Assembly (NCBI GenBank): GCA_021790195.1
Contig: JAJYIF010000018.1
Location: 9,446 to 73,445 of the forward strand
Source: Nitrospirota bacterium
GTDB lineage: Bacteria > Nitrospirota > Thermodesulfovibrionia > Thermodesulfovibrionales > UBA9159
Reading direction: 5' to 3'
DNA length: 64,000 nt
The notes under the pieces were generated by a model. The model had not been told where the DNA came from. It did no database searches and worked only from the letters and a program-made list of their open reading frames with translations. How positions within the stretch are numbered: position 1 is the stretch's first letter; every line of letters starts with the position of its first letter. The translations under genes were made by a program, and so were the position numbers. This document shows positions 63,654-64,000 of the stretch, piece by piece.

Positions 63654-64000
63654 TACACGAAGAGTCGGACAACATCCCGGAGGTCCTCAGGGAGAAGAGT
63701 TCCCTCGACGAAGAGAGCAGTGTCACCCTGCGGCCCGGTCGTCTGGATGAGTATATAGGTCAAAATGCGATTGTCGAGACCCTCAAGATCGCGATTGAGG
63801 CGGCGCTTCAAAGGAAGGAGCCGCTCGACCACATACTGTTCAACGGCCCGCCTGGTCTCGGAAAGACGACCCTGGCTCACATCATAGCGAACGAGATGGG
63901 CACCAGGATCATAACCTCTTCCGGTCCTGCCCTCGAAAAGGGCGGCGATCTGATGGGCATCCTGACACATATGGAAAAGGGAGACGTGTTCTTCATAGAC
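63650..64000 (+). CDS. ruvB: Holliday junction ATP-dependent helicase RuvB, N-terminal part (runs off window end)
   Basis: Own translation from GTG 63650 (overlaps the ruvA stop): ...[58 protein letters not shown]. Confidence 0.9.
   Translation, partial: MIHEESDNIPEVLREKSSLDEESSVTLRPGRLDEYIGQNAIVETLKIAIEAALQRKEPLDHILFNGPPGLGKTTLAHIIANEMGTRIITSSGPALEKGGDLMGILTHMEKGDVFFID

Overview
This is a 64 kb chromosomal window from a Gram-negative (diderm), probably anaerobic bacterium. It has about 50% GC and heavy AGG/AGA and ATA codon use. A Nitrospirota- or Desulfobacterota-like lineage is only a guess. Coding density is high, and there are no CRISPR arrays, integrases or transposases. All family names come from motif recognition in the supplied translations. 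No database search was run.

Gene content in order:
- 1-9.6 kb: a hopanoid module (hpnH, hpnA, shc, hpnK, hpnN) divergent from an MlaC-like hpnM and an MlaA/VacJ lipoprotein.
- 9.8-11.3 kb: an IPTL-CTERM secreted protein pair and tRNA-Thr(CGU).
- 11.4-21.1 kb: glnD, then tamB-bamA-surA-like.
- 21.4-26.9 kb: an accessory-looking stretch with a permuted papain-like hydrolase, a metallophosphoesterase, DUF1003 and RDD proteins, and a zinc-ribbon membrane gene that appears frameshifted.
- 26.9-31.9 kb: a GNAT, 2-oxoacid:ferredoxin oxidoreductase beta and gamma subunits without an alpha subunit, ppx/gppA, lolA and tsaD.
- 31.9-37.0 kb: a sensor kinase with a CxxCH motif in its periplasmic domain, plus two sigma54 activators.
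- 37.2-40.7 kb: four tandem universal stress protein (USP) genes and a YeeE/YedE transporter.
- 40.7-52.8 kb: a NarL-type two-component system, a five-gene Hmc/Cbc-like membrane redox complex, four paralogous small membrane proteins, an M56 peptidase and a divergent ThyA-like gene.
- 53.0-55.4 kb: argH and a lipoprotein with FN3-like repeats.
- 55.9-61.6 kb: an outer-membrane multiheme lipoprotein, a beta-barrel and two periplasmic multiheme cytochromes.
- 61.8-64.0 kb: gmhA and ruvCAB.

The observations most worth follow-up:
1. An in-frame TGA sits exactly at the conserved second GGC cysteine of the YeeE/YedE transporter. The frame stays open downstream and a hairpin follows, so this is a candidate selenocysteine.
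2. An array of four unannotatable small membrane-protein paralogs leads the Hmc/Cbc-like operon.
3. A porin-cytochrome-like gene set has a near-consensus sigma54 promoter. Together with the inner-membrane complex and the heme-motif sensor kinase, it could form a complete, separately regulated extracellular electron transfer (EET) route.
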